Below the pieces are notes generated by a model that saw only the letters and a program-made list of their open reading frames with translations, was not told the origin of the DNA and made no database searches. A stretch of DNA of 64,000 bases from Mizuhopecten yessoensis (Eukaryota). How positions within the stretch are numbered: the stretch's first letter is position 1; each line of letters starts with the position of its first letter. The stretch covers positions 125,913 to 189,912 of the forward strand of contig NW_018405598.1 in NCBI RefSeq assembly GCF_002113885.1. Direction: 5' to 3'. Made by a program: the position numbers and the translations under genes. This document shows positions 11,212-26,200 of the stretch, piece by piece.

Positions 11212-14200
11212 ATGGCTGACGGACGAGAACCACCCCCGTTGGAAGAGGAGGATAGCCAAAAAGATGAAGATGACTTATTTACGGAAGCAAGTGAGGTACG
11301 ATATTCACCAATATGTCAACAAGAATAGGAAAATGCATGGTATTAATATTGAGCCACCAGCAAAAACCTAAACAGGCTTTTGACATTTACTAATTTTGCC
11401 GGAGGCCAATTTTACCACTTTACTGCACTGTAAATATTATATTTAGACGTGACATGGTCATTTCTTTCTAAAACTTCTTCGTTGTAAATGTTATCACACT
11501 TATTCAGTATCTTCTGTGAATATTCAAATATTTATTTTGCTTTTAGATACTTAATGAGTCGTCATTTATTACATATAACATTCCTTCAAATATTATAACA
11601 CCTTATTTCTGAGACCGGAAAAGGTAAGGATCAAAATATAAATGTTTTTCGCATTCAGGCAGTGAAGCTCGTAGCTATATTTATTTGTTGTTTATTATGT
11701 ATGTATACTATCTCCATTTCGCTTTTTAACAATTGATGTCATACACTGTTGAGACTTTCAGTGGGCATGCAGTTTGATCATTTGCCTGCTCTTTAATAAT
11801 AAGTATTCATACAGAAATGTAATAGGCCAGACTGCGATTCAAAGAAGAAATTCTAACATTGTAAATGCCCACTCTATCAAATGACTTCATCAACATCTTC
11901 AGCTGTACTAATTTTTTCAATGTCTTTGCCCCCAAAGACAACACTTAATATTTACAAACCCAGTTTAGCAATCCATTCCTCAGGAATTCTTAAGACACTC
12001 GAATAAGAGTTGGGCATAGGTGTAAAAGATGTGCATTGATTAGGTTGCCTTGCAAGCATCAGGTGTAGGGAATTTCCCTTTAACTCAGAGGTAGAGCATC
12101 AGGCTGGAGGGCCAAGGGTCGCAGGTTCGAGCCCCATCGACAGTTCTTTCTGTATCAATTCTTCATCCTACTACACAGGTACTAATTTGCCAGGGTACTC
12201 TGGCAAAGATCTCAAAGAGATCGAGGGTGAACATGCATAGTGCTATCAGAGGTAAGGATCTTCAAGTGTGAGAAGCTGAGATCCTAAAAATGCATAACAG
12301 TACTAGAGCTTTGATCATTAGAGGCTTTTGTCTGAAAGACGGATTGAAGCGTCCAGCAGACCTAAGGCAAAACTGTCTGGCTTGCCAAAAGCCAAAGTCA
12401 AACTCAAGACTGATTGCAGCAGGACTAGTACTTAGGAGCTGACAATGATCAGAGGTTGCCATGCCAGGATATATACCATAGAAAGATTGCAGCTTTAATT
12501 GCTATGGTTTATCAGAAGCTGGATCCCAAAGAGGAAATGAAGCAGTAGTAGAAGCTTAGTAAAATCAGAGGCCTGGATCCAACAAAGTGATATATATCAG
12601 ACTGAGTGGCTGAGATCCCAAAAGTATATAAAAAAAAAAGTGCATAGGGAAACAAGAGTGCAGCATCACTGGGGCTTATCAGTTGCTGTAATCTAAAGGA
12701 GGGGTGCAGCTGTAATTAAGTGACCAAGGATCAAAAAGAGGGAGCAACAGATTTCCATGTCTTCATTAGAATTTGTATGGGGGATACCTAACTGTATCTA
12801 GTAGTCTTGTCGTTAGTCACTAAATCTGAATTATAACTAAACATAGTACATCACTACATGTAGATAAAGACAACAACACCAGGAGCATGGTGTTTTAAGC
12901 TTGCAGACATTGACCGAGATAAAATTCAACAGTGATAGTTTAAAAGTCTGAGCATTTGGAAAAAGTCTGTGGAAAGACACAGACTTAATATAGAGAATAA
13001 TTTCAATGTGTACTGTATGTAAAATCAAGTGCATCTTCTGATCTACATACTTATCTATTTAGAAAGAAACAGCCCCTCCTGATCAGGAGATAGACCTTAG
13101 TGATGAGGTAAAGTGGTTTAATATGAAACTCAATCAGCAGCTGCACTGTATTTATTGCTGTTTGCGTGTTAAACAGTATCAATTTTCACTGTGCTAGCAC
13201 ATATTTCTCCCTTCACAGTCTCGAATTGCATTTCAAGTTCATGTACATACCGGGGTTACAGGTACATTTGTATTATAAAGCTTAAAGCTAACTCCCTGAA
13301 GATAATCCTGTTAAAAATCTTGTTCACCAATCACAACCAATCCCCCAACTGACCATTATTACCTCCAGCATTTCCCCTTCCTCAAACCATTCCACAAACC
13401 AAAAATAAGCTATACGTAGCTAGTCATGAACAATTACAAGGTTCATAACCAAGTTCAAGTCTAAAATAAGCTATAGGTTGCTAGTCATGAACAATTACAA
13501 GGTTCATAACCAAGTTCAAGTCTAAAATAAGCTATATGTAGCTAGTCATGAACATTACAAGGTTCATAACCAAGTACAAGTCTAATTATTTATGAAATTT
13601 GAAATTAAGGCCATGCCCTGAGCTCCCTGCCATTTAGAAAAATCTTGTATGCAATCTCTATTTGAAGTTTATAGTTACACATTTGTGATATATTTTTTAA
13701 TAATTTCATTTCTTCAATTTAATGTATACTATAAGTATCAATCCTAGCACTTCAGTGACAGTGCAGAAACAAATCATTATACAATTTTCAGGACGTCCTT
13801 TTCAAGACAAGACTTCACATGCATAATATGTAATTATAGCCTATCATGTTGGGAATTTAACCAATGTTATAGGAGATTGTGTGCGCCGCTAAAAAGGTAG
13901 TGGTGAATAGTGATTGTTTAAGGTATTTAAACACAATGTGTAATTGTTACTATAGGGACGAACACCAGAAACTGAACCAGAAAAAGTAGAACCAGAAGTG
14001 ACAGAAAACACCCGCAAACCAGTGAAGCCCGACATCGATACCGAGGACTTGTTTGGAGGTAAATGTTGATTGTTGTTTGTTTTGTAACCCATAAAGTCCT
14101 ATGTTATAATAACTGATTCACTGTAAGATGGATATCAGATCTTCTTTCTAATGCTTCAATAAAGGAATGAGAAGACATATATTTTAAGGTGTTAATTTTA

Positions 14201-17200
14201 TTAAATTATGATTTAAAATCCTTAGTGTAGTCCAATAGAAATCCCAGCCACCTGCTTTGGTGGTTATGATAGAGAATTGTCAACCCAAGGAGTGATGCTC
14301 TTGATTGTCTTATCCGAAGCTTGCTGCCATCTGAGAGATTAGACTTCAAGCATCTCGTCAGGAGGGATTACATCATATCCTCCCTGTACCGGAGGATTAT
14401 TTCCTCCCAACTAATCAATAATATGTATAAAACAGAAGATATCAACATTTGTAATCTTTGTACTGGTTCTCTCCCATTGAAAGCTGATTGTGACAACGTT
14501 TAATATTGTTCCTGTAACATCAAGTATATATCTGAATCATTTCTTGAAATCCTGTATTTTTTTTTATTAATTCCAATCTTTATTCATCCTTTAAACAATT
14601 TTGTATCAGATGATGCTGATGACGGTGATGAGATAAAGCTAGACTCTGATGGAGAGAATGACACTAATGAAACGGTGGGGAAGTCACCATTTTTGGAGCC
14701 ATTTGAACCAGCTCCTGCCAGTGCCCCAGCCCAGACAGAGGTTGTGTCGTCGGACGAGGAGGAGAAGCCAAGCACAGACACGCCTAAGTTGACAGTTACA
14801 CAAACAACAACCTCAACATCGAAGGCTTCCAGTGCTACGAAAACCACCAAGGAAGAAGTGAGTCTTAAACGGGGGAAAAATGGGCTGGAATATATAATGA
14901 AATAAACTATTGACGAGTTTAACTAAAATAACTGTATTATAAGAAGTGAACAGTTATTAAATCATAAGTAAAAAGGGTACTTTACCAAACGTTATTGTAA
15001 CTTTACTTGTATTATGAGAGTAAACAACCCTGTGTTGTGTTATAACACTATCTGACCTCGTATTGTGTTTTGACAATAACCCTGTGTTGTTTTTTGACAA
15101 TAACCCTGTGTTATGTTTTGACAGTAACCCTGTGTTGAACACTATCTGACCATGTGTTGTGTTTTGGCAATAACCCTGTGTTGTATTATAACACTCTCTG
15201 ACCGTGTGTTGTGTTTTGAAAGTAACCCTGTGTTGAACACTGTTTGACCCTGTGTTGTGTTTTGACAGTAACCCTGTGTAATACGATATTGTTCCAGGTT
15301 GAGGCTAATCAGTACACTCTAGTGATAAAGGTCACAGAACCACAGAAGATGGGTGACGGCATGAGTGCCTACATGGTTTACAAGGTCATCACTAAGGTAA
15401 GCTTTATACTTTAAAGGATTTATTCCAATTCTTCTGGTTGAACTCAACCTTGGTACAAATATTGCATACCAATATAGCTCGAATAAGTTCGCATTTCAGA
15501 GGTTTACGTGCATTTGTGGTGGAGTTATGCCCCTTTTATTGCCAAACAAGGGTATTGTGTAGTAAATGCAAGAACTTTTTTTATTTTGAAATCAATTCCT
15601 TTAAATTTTGTACGGTAATGCTAGAAGCAACAATGTTCAATGTATATTACGGGTTTTTCTGTCGAGTTTCAACTTTCCACATTTTGGCATATATCTGTTT
15701 ACGCAATAACTCAAACTAAGACACTTTTCCTACTAAAAGCACGGAGCAGGCGACACATCCACTCCTGTGGAATTCTTGTTATTGTAATTTCTGATAAATT
15801 TACTGGGGAAACAGACATTTCTTTAAAACCACTTTTTCTATGCATAATGCTTGTACATGACATGTTTATTTCATTAGAGAACGCCTCCAGTATAATTATG
15901 GTAACTTATAGAGTTACCATATATATGTATAACTGAACATATGTGCTCTGTGGATTTTGTAAGTTATCACAAACATTAGTTGTTTTGCAATACAAATAAT
16001 TTTGTGTTGTTTATCAGACCAGCATTCCAGATTTCCGTAAACCAGAACTGGTGGTATTAAGGCGTTTCAGCGACTTCCTTGGACTACATGAGAAACTCCA
16101 GACTCGATACCTTCACCAAGGTCGAATTGTACCACCCGCCCCAGAGAAAAGTGTCCTAGGTAGGAATCACCATTGTGTTTGTGTGTTTCCTTTAAATATT
16201 CTGTGTGTCTGAAACTCCACAAACATTTTGTAAGTACAACATTTTATATAATTACTTAAAAGAGTAAGTACTGGTAACAGACTGGGACTCAGAAGCATGT
16301 CTACATTTATCTCTGATGTTTGTAATCATATATAGATTAAACAGTTTTATTTTGTTACTCATGATTGTTATATAAGAATGGCAGGTTTTGTTATGTTAGA
16401 ATGGAAGGTTTACGTTTTGTTCAGAGTTTTAAGTGTAAGGATTTATTTTGTGAGTAAATGAAGGTATAACTCTCTAATACTATCTTTTCATTGTTGTCAA
16501 TTGTCTGAAATGAATAAGTATAAGGAAGAAGGCTGATATTTCATTAAACTACATAACCCTTTCACCACTGTAAACCATAATGGACTCATCAATATCAATG
16601 CCTGGTAGAGTCTACTGTAGTTACATAGAGGTGAAAGGGTTAAGATGTATTTTTAAAACTTTCTACTCGCAGCTTTTATAAAGAGATTAAGTTTGGGAGT
16701 ACAGTTTTATTAACATTCCAGATTAATAATGAGATATGCTCATGAAATTGTTGCTTGTTACAGGTATGACAAAAATAAAAATGTCGAAGGAGGAGTCTGG
16801 GGCGTTAGACTTTGTTGAGCGGAGACGTTTAACATTAGAGAGGTATGAGATGATGGAAGGGTATTGTTTGTATTATATCTTTGTGGTACACATTTCCATC
16901 TATTGTGATAAATATCAACATTAAAACTGATTATGTCTTTGTTTTCGAATTGTACAATGTAAGTTTATTTTCTCCAGTAAAAAATGTTATGACTTATAAT
17001 TGAAACTTGGTAAAAACATATTTGAAGTGTTTACAAGAATATATAGATAACACTTGTGTAATTCTGAAAACAATATTTAGATAATTATGATAATGAAATA
17101 AAGGAGATTGCTCTAGTTTTATACAGATGTATAACATATTATGTAGCTTATATTGGTAACATTTAATGAAGACAATATTGGATTTGAATAAGATTTGCAA

Positions 17201-20200
17201 ATTTTCTGTTTATCTATAAATGTCATCAGAGAGGTATTTTCTATTTAACATGTTACAGTTTAGTTTAGAGATATTTAGGTTTATCATACAATGAACATGT
17301 AACAGGTTCCTGACAAGAACAGCCCAACATCCCTTGCTTCGGAAGGATATTGACTTCCGAGAATTCCTAGAGCGCGATGGAGAACTCCCCAAAGCTACGA
17401 GTACCTCTGCTCTCAGCAGTGCTGGAGTGAAGCGATTATTCCATAAAGTCGGGGATGCTGTTGACAAAATATCCTACAAAATGGAGGAGGCTGATGAGGT
17501 GAGAGTCCCCAACACAAACTTTTTCAAAGTCTTACTTTCTGAAGTTTTAATCTCCAGTATTAACATGTATTAAAATTGAAGAACAATGTGTATAGTAAGA
17601 TAAGTAAGTGTTCATATAAAAACGAGATAAAGTCTAGATTAATATTTATGCCATTTGATGTAGTGTAAACAGGTAGAATGTAAGAAGTCTCGAAACAGTT
17701 GCTTATAGTATATAATTCAATAAACTAAGTCAACTTTTAAAGCAACATAGATGAAGTTACGTTAGCCCTTAAAGCTATGATTTCCCTCTGTTTAAACATT
17801 TCTGTTGCTTGGTTTTGCTTATTTACAGTTTCTTTGTTTCTAACTTTGATATTTTACCTGCATGTCGTAGCTACCTGGGAGGGAATAAACACAGTTTGGT
17901 TAAGTTGATGTTTGGATATGGAAAATCTCAGAATTCCACATTTTCTCTGATTATTTGTATTTTTTAGTATTTTTTTACACATTTGTACACTGGAGCTACC
18001 TTTTTCCTCACGTGTGTACTGGGTTTTTAGCTGAGTTTGAAAAACATAAACAATCCCTCAACATTGTGCAAAAAACAACTTTAATTTTAGAAAATCAACT
18101 CTGGTACACTGTAGTAGAAATATCTAGATACAATATGTGCATCGTATTTAACCATGCTGCCCTTGATAGATACTGAAGGATTATCTCCCCTTGTCTAAGA
18201 GCTCTTCACCAAATAATTCATCTGAAAATTTGATGACCAGACCTGGTCCTTGTTTTCACCAGATATTTAGCTACAAATATGACCAGATCTGAAGTGAAAA
18301 TTTCAGAAATTACAATCTTGTGTCATAATTGTTTTGGATATTCCGATGCAGCAAGGAATGTAAAAGGCAGTAGTTTTGCTGTCACAAAGCAAAAATACCA
18401 GGTACATTTTTTTTTGACAAACAACGAGATATTTAGGGGTTCCATTATATTAACTCAGCAAACTGATATGTCACTTCAGGAGTTTCAACAAGATTTCAGG
18501 TTGCATGTATCCAACACATTTCATAGGACCCCATTACTATTCTAAATTTCTCGTGAAAGTAGCCACTAATGTATACAGATGCTTCAAGGTGGACAGTGCA
18601 CCCCTCTGTATTTATATTGTTTTTCAAATTTAGTAAAATTAGTGAAACAGTATATCAATCTTGCAGTCTCAATAAATGTTTATGTTTTATCCTGTGTAAA
18701 TCTTTCAACAGTAATACTTGCAAAAATCATTATATATACTTTTGCATTGTGTACCAGTCATGGAAAATCAGTATACACTGAGCAACCAGTGATTTTTGTA
18801 GAAAAAATTGCAGACAGGTCCTTGACTTTATTTTCAAAACGTCATTGAATACTGTGAAAAGATAGACTAGGTTTAAAAAAAATGTGGTTAAGCCCCACAG
18901 GAAAACCTCGAGACTTAAACTCATATATATGTCCCAATAAAAAAATGTAAATATAACACAAAGATATTGGATCAGAAAACTGAAACAGTAATCCCTACAA
19001 CAACAATGTGAAGATGATTTATCGTTACGTGTCGCAGTCATTCACTAGTTCACCAAAATGTAGAGGAAGGCAGCATTTATCTTAACAATATCAGAGATTT
19101 TTTTATTAGTAAAGTCCTGCTTTTTCTATGTAATTTTTGCCAAAATACTTCATATTTTACAGATTAATCCAGTTTAATTCATAAGCTTAGTTCTTGGTCC
19201 TTTCTTTTGCTCTAAATACAATTTATCTCCGGCTTTTTGTTCATTTGGTTTTGTTTGTTTTATTTTTGTTTGTTTTTGTTTTTTTGTGATAGGTTAAGTA
19301 AAAGAAAATTCTTTTGCCTAGGTCATCTTCAAATTTCTTCAAGGATTCGTATAATTTTGGATTGACATTCCCTCATATACTAAAGATTTAAAAATGATTT
19401 TGAAGGAAAAGTATTTCCATTCCCGTTCAAAGTGACTTGCTGACTTCTGTACTATATTTATTGTTATATCACTGTACCTGTTGTGTACTTTGTATTGTGT
19501 TCGCTGAAAACAAAGGTGGCATACAAATGCTTAATATCAAATACACCAGTACACTTTATATACAATTTGTTACCTATTTTAACTTTTTTTCTGAATGATT
19601 TCATATAAATTGTAGTTTGAGGTAGTTCTACCACCGTCACATGCTGTGCCACACAATTACAATCAAATGTTTCAAGGGAGACAATCTTGCTTTGGCAGAG
19701 ATCTCTTAAAACATTCTGCTGTGTTGGATGTATTATATATAACTGATTTTGTTTAATTTTGAAATAAGTCATATTTGTTGAAAATATATATTGGATATTG
19801 AATAATCTTTAAAAATATATGGGATAGTGTATTGTTTATATTGGGGGAATAGCAATAATGAATTTAAAGTTATAGAGGGGAATTATTATATGCTTTGGAA
19901 AAATACTGTAATAACAAGAAAATTGCAAGATGAAATGATTTCTTATGTTGGGGAAGTGTTTATTAGGAGAGGACATGATTGATTGAAACTTCAACACTAT
20001 TGTCCGAGACTGTCAAACCTCAAAATTGTGTTTCTCAAGACATTGCGAGACTTAGACACAAATGTAATGAGGTTGAGATAGTGTCAGACCTCGATCAACA
20101 CCGCTTTGTCTGAGACAGTATCAAACCTTATCACTGTGCTGTTTGAGTCTGTGTGAGATTTGAGACACAATTGTGATGAGGTTGAGACCGTGTCAGACCT

Positions 20201-23200
20201 CATGATCATTATGCTGTTGCATTGGAGACTGTGAGATTTGTGACACGATTGTGATGAGGTTGAGACCGTGTCAGACCTCATGATCACAGTGCTGTTGCAT
20301 TGGAGACTGTGAGATTTGAGACACGATTGGGATGAGGTTGAGACCGTGTCAGACCTCATGATCACAGTGCTGTTGCATTGGAGACTGTGAGATTTGAGAC
20401 ACGATTGGGATGAGGTTGAGACCGTGTCAGACCTCATGATCACAGTGCTGTTGCATTGGAGACTGTGAGATTTGAGACACGATTGGGATGAGGTTGAGAC
20501 CGTGTCAGACCTCATGATCATTATGCTGTTGCATTGGAGACTGTGAGATTTGTGACACGATTGTGATGAGGTTGAGACCGTGTCAGACCTCATGATCATT
20601 GTGCTGTTGCATTGGAGACTGTGAGATTTGAGGCACGATTGTGATGAGGTTGAGACCGTGTCAGACCTCATGATCACAGTGCTGTTGCATTGGAGACTGT
20701 GAGATTTGAGACACGATTGTGATGAGGTTGAGACCGTGTCAGACCTCATGATCATTGTGCTGTTGCATGGGAGACTGTGAGATTTGAGACACAATTGTGA
20801 TGAGGCTGAGACCGTGTCAGACCTCATGATCACTGTGCTGTTGCATTGGAGACTGTGAGATTTGAGACACAATTGTGATGAGGTTGAGACCGTGTCAGAC
20901 CTCATCATCACTGTGCTGTTGCATTGGAGACTGTGAGATTTGTGACACAATTGTGATGAGGTTGAGACCGCGTCAGACCTCATGATCACTGGGCTGTTGC
21001 ATTGGAGACTGTGAGATTTGAGACACGATTGGGATGAGGTTGAGACCGTGTCAGACCTCATGATCATTATGCTGTTGCATTGGAGACTGTGAGATTTGTG
21101 ACACAATTGTGATGAGGTTGAGACTGTGTCAGACCTCATGATCACTGTGCTGTTGCATTGGAGACTGTGAGATTTGAGGCACGATTGTGATGAGGTTGAG
21201 ACCGTGTCAGACCTCATGATCACAGTGCTGTTGCATTGGAGACTGTGAGATTTGAGACACGATTGGGATGAGGTTGAGACCGTGTCAGACCTCATGATCA
21301 TTGTGCTGTTGCATTGGAGACTGTGAGATTTGTGACACGATTGTGATGAGGTTGAGACCGTGTCAGACCTCATGATCACTGTGATGTTGCATTGGAGACT
21401 GTGAGATTTGTGACACAATTGTGATGAGGTTGAGACCGTGTCAGACCTCATGATCATTGTGCTGTTGCATGGGAGACTGTGAGATTTGAGACACAATTGT
21501 GATGAGGTTGAGACCATGTCAGAACTCATGATCACTGTGCTGTTGCATTGGAGACTGTGTGATTTGAGACACGATTGTGATGAGGTTGAGACCGTGTCAG
21601 ACCTCAACACTGTGCTGTTGGAGACAGTGTAAGATTTAAGGCACACTTATGATGAGGTCTGAGACACAGTGGTCAGTCGTTTGGTCAGTCATGTCCTTCT
21701 CTATCAGATGAGCTGGCTAACATTTTACCCCCACTTTTACCTCTGTACTGTTGTGCCGCCCATTGACCAGTGGGACTATGACATGGAGGTAAATCGACAC
21801 TGTACAGGCTGTAAATTCTCTGTCGTCCACGTAGTATCAACTGTTATACTGAACCCCTTGGTGGTAAAAGTTTACCAATAGAACTAGTGAAGCCAAAACA
21901 AGACATTTAAGTAGATAATTATGATATTGTACAAGGGAGGTAAAACACTTACTAATTCCTTCTGTGTTAATGTTGTCTGTAAAGTGACTTTTATTTCCAA
22001 GAATTTAAATGTATTGAAACAAAGGAATTCTGGGAAATTTGGAATGTAATGGTTTGTATCTGGATCCATGCCATGAGTTTCCTCCACAACATGACACCAT
22101 ATTTCTTTGGTTACACTTTTTAAATAATTATTTTCAGTAATGATGGCAGTGATTCATAAATTAGGTTTAGAAATCACTTCAGGAACTGAGATTTAATATC
22201 AAAGTCAAGAAATCACTATTGGAATTAGGTGAAGAATTTGATACCCCTGTTTGTAACTCTGTTTGTACAAACCTGAACTGATTATTGAGATACCAAGTAG
22301 CAACTAGAGTTCCTCCAGTAAATATTTCATATGATTCGGTTAGCACTGTGGACTAAAGCAGAGAATTTACAGCAAACAGATAAAACTGTGTTGTTGTTTG
22401 TAATCAGTTTATATGATTTAGTTCAAACATTCACTTTCTGTTCATGCTTATATCTTTTATGTTGGCCTATCTTTTGCATGCTGCTGCAAACTGGTTTAGT
22501 TTATACAGATGTGATCGTGTCATTATAAGCCTTGCAATGAATGAATGCTATCAAAATAAGCTTTGTTTACATATATGTCCTACTGATATGATTAAAAAGG
22601 CCCTCAGAGAATCAAGCATGGTGATTTAGAGGGAGTAGTATGCCTTGATAGAGTATTCATTATATATACAGGTAACAATAACAGAACTCAATGATAAGCT
22701 GATGCACCATTATGATCTGTACATAAATAACAATTCGGCTTAATTAAAGGAAAATGTTTTACTTTCCTATGATCATGAATCCACCACAGTTCTGAACGTT
22801 TTGTCTTCTCTACCACGTACATGTACTCATTGACTTGCCAGTTGGTTCCTACGACCTTCATCCTGTCCAGGGTATATTTTGGCTACATATGACCTTTACC
22901 TTGCCCAGTGGGGTACATTTTGGTTACATATGACCCTGCCCAGTGGGGTATATTTTGGCTACATATATGTCCTTCACCCAGTGAGGTATATTTTGGCTAC
23001 GTATGGACTTCACCCTGCAGCCCAGTAGGGTATATTTTGGCTACATATGACCCTGCCCAGTGTGGTATATTTTGGCTACATTTAACCTTCACCCTGCCCA
23101 GTGGGGTATATTTTGGCTTCATATGACCTTCACCCTGCCCAGTTGGGTATATTTTGGTTACATATGACCCTGCCCAGTGGGGTATATTTTTGCTTCATAT

Positions 23201-26200
23201 GACCCTGCCCAGTGGGGTATATTTCGGCTACATATGACCTTCACCCTGCCCAGTGGGGTATATTTTGGCTACATATGACCCTGCCCAGTGGGGTACATTT
23301 TGGTTACATATGACCCTGCCTAGTGGGGTTAATTTGGCTACATATGACCTTCACCCTGCCCAGTGAGGTATATTTTGGCTACATTTTTCTATCTGATGTG
23401 ATAAACATTTATATGATTTTTGATACATTAACACTGACGAACTTTCCTTTTTTTTTTTTTTTTTTTTTTTAAATTATTTTCAATATACTTCATAAGTGTA
23501 GTTTCCCCTGCTAAAGTCCTAGTCCTCGAAATGTGTTTCCCCCTTTCTAATGAGGTTATGGATGGGATATTATGGTGTTCAACCTTTGTCATCACTCTAT
23601 CAACTTTTGAATGGATTATGAACTGTTTTATATTTGTCATGTATGAGAATACATCAAAAAATAAATTTTCAAATAAATTTTCAAGTTGTCCTGCTCAAGT
23701 CACCATTACTATTTATAGAAAATCTCTTTCATTGCACGAAGACTTACTTTCTCAACAGAATTTAGACAAAGTTCTTGTTTTGGTAAAATATGAGAATGCC
23801 TGAAACGAGGTCATGTTTCAGGGTGTCAAAGTCACCGCTATCTTTTATAGAAAATATTTGTCCGCCCTTAACTTACGCCATTCCTTAAAACCAGGAAAAA
23901 TCAGTTAAGTCCAACATGAAAATAATATCTTAAAGGAGCTTGTGCTTCAGCATACTTCAGCCAAAGTCTTGGCTACTTTCTACTATTTTGATGAAAACTT
24001 TGTATCTGGAGTGACTTCTAAACTATTTAAAAAATATTAAGTACTACAGGTTTTGAAATATACAGCTCTACAATGGAATACCTTATTAGATAAAGAACTT
24101 GTTAAGAGTGCTACCTAGGTAGGCACTGTTGATAAGAGACATGGAATGCTCTGTAAACAAGGGAACTTGTATCGCCTGCAATCAAGTGTTTCATTATCAA
24201 TAAATACTATCTTGGAGTTATGGAATACATTAAGCTACCCTTACTCAATGTTTTAGCTAGGAACATATGTCGAGTTTAAAGTCAGATTAAAAGAACTTCT
24301 TATAGGAATAGATTCCCTATTCACTGTAAGTGAATTAGTCAATACACTCTCAAAAAGTAGTGAAGGCCCTGTATGAGCATCACTGTCTTTTACTATTTAC
24401 CTCCATATAAGCGACTCATGTACAATCATACATGATTGTCTAATAAGTTTATTTCATCTGCCTAGTATAACAACCAATTTGTAAAAAAATCAAGTTGAAG
24501 CATAAATTCATCATTTAAATGTAATGATGAATCTTTCAATATTTAACAATGATGTGTTGTAAGTAAATGTATGCTGTAGAATATAATTTATAGCAGGTTT
24601 ATTATGCATTTGTTGACTTCCTTAACTTGTTTCTGTTGTTACATGGTTTAAGTAGATAGATCCTGCCCTTGTGTGATAGTAAGCATGTGATGAAGGTGTA
24701 CACAACTGTTATACTAGGAAGGGAATGTATAGACATCCTAGTTCAGATGTGAGGTTCCAAGCCCCATCACACATATTACTTTAGTTTGTCAAAGTCACAA
24801 AATATATTATACAATTGTATAACGTTCAGGAGATAACTGTTTTTCAGGAACACGAGACACTCGACATACAAAGTGTACAGTTATGACATTCTAATGTGTA
24901 ACTAATAAACGCCAAATTATATAACTACACTATTGTTTACTTCATGTTTTGAAGTAAATACTAAGTATTACAATATGTTTATAATTCAATCAAAAGAGAA
25001 ATAAAAGATATACATGTACCCTGTATATCAGTGATATTTAATAATTTCACCTCTGATAATTTACGTAACACTGATTGACTGACTTACACAGATGATTATA
25101 CAGGTACAGGTAATGACGCATACCTGTATTATTAATTACTTGTGTATATATAATGATAGATGTAAGGTGGTGACTTATACTTGTGTACTTTATGTTACAG
25201 TGGTTTGAAGAGAAACAACAACAAGTAGAGTGTTTGGATACACAGTTGAGAAAATTACATTCCAGTATGGAGTCTGTGGTTGGTCACAGAAAGGGTAAGT
25301 CATCTTATGGTCACTGGTCAGTTTGACAAGATCTGACCAGTATCAGTATAACAATGACTACAGGTGCTGATGTCCACTCTGATCATTATTACTTGTTTTA
25401 TAAATGACCTATTATCGTGTAACAAAGTGATTTTGTTGTGAGATCAGTGAAAACATGCTTCATTTTACATGCATTTGCCTTTGTTCTGTTGGCATTCATA
25501 ATGCATATGAATGCCAATTGAAAACAATTCAATGCTACATTATTACAAATGTATTAACTTTATTTTTTATGTAAAATCTACTTTCCAGACTTGAGTAACA
25601 ATACTGCTGCATTTGCCAAGAGCGCGGCCATGTTGGGTAATGCGGAGGAGCACACAGCCCTGTCTCGTGCCTTGTCCCAGCTAGCTGACACCGAGGAGAG
25701 GATTGAACAGATACAGCGGGAACAGGCTGACCACGACTTCTACGTCATGGCAGAACTACTCAAGGACTACATTGCCTTATTAGGGGCTGTCAAGGTCAGT
25801 TTTGCTTGTCTTAACCTTGGGTGATAAAGGGTGTGAGTTTGATAATTTGATAATTTTCTGGCACAATTTTAACGTTATTGCATTATTGACTCTTTAATAT
25901 AACCAATCCTGCCTGCTTGTACAGGGTTAACACCAGTTATTGTACTCCCTTTATAGAACTTAGACCTCCATGTTTTTACATTGTAAAAAATTCATAGAAC
26001 ATTCTTAACTTGAATATTCTTAAATTATACAGTTCTCTCTAATAGTTGAGAGTTAGATTTGCTGCTATTTATCCACATTTTCAAGTCAAGATAAGATTTA
26101 TTAACTTAAATTAATAAACATTTTCTGTTTGATTTCATTTTGAGGAAAAATGGCTTTTAAAATAAATCTTATTTTGAAAACTGTGAATGTTCTTGAAGCG

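Noticed and set aside
10565-12175. Functional tRNA genes at ~10570-10650, ~10800-10885 and ~12075-12140
   Set aside because: A/B boxes are present, but I could not fold convincing acceptor and anticodon stems, and the LTR-like ends/TSD indicate mobile elements.
14584-14850. Minus-strand 88-aa ORF
   Set aside because: Antisense shadow of SNX2 exon 4.
20084-21646. 520-aa ORF as a real protein-coding gene
   Set aside because: It coincides with a 78-bp intronic minisatellite, has a non-ATG start, and shows no signal peptide or unique domain. Kept only as a low-interest finding.
24686-24771. Another TG...CA unit (TGTGATG...CATCACA) with a B-box-like GGTTCCAAGCCC
   Set aside because: No matching 4-bp TSD (AGCA vs CATA) and no clear A-box; too degenerate to call.
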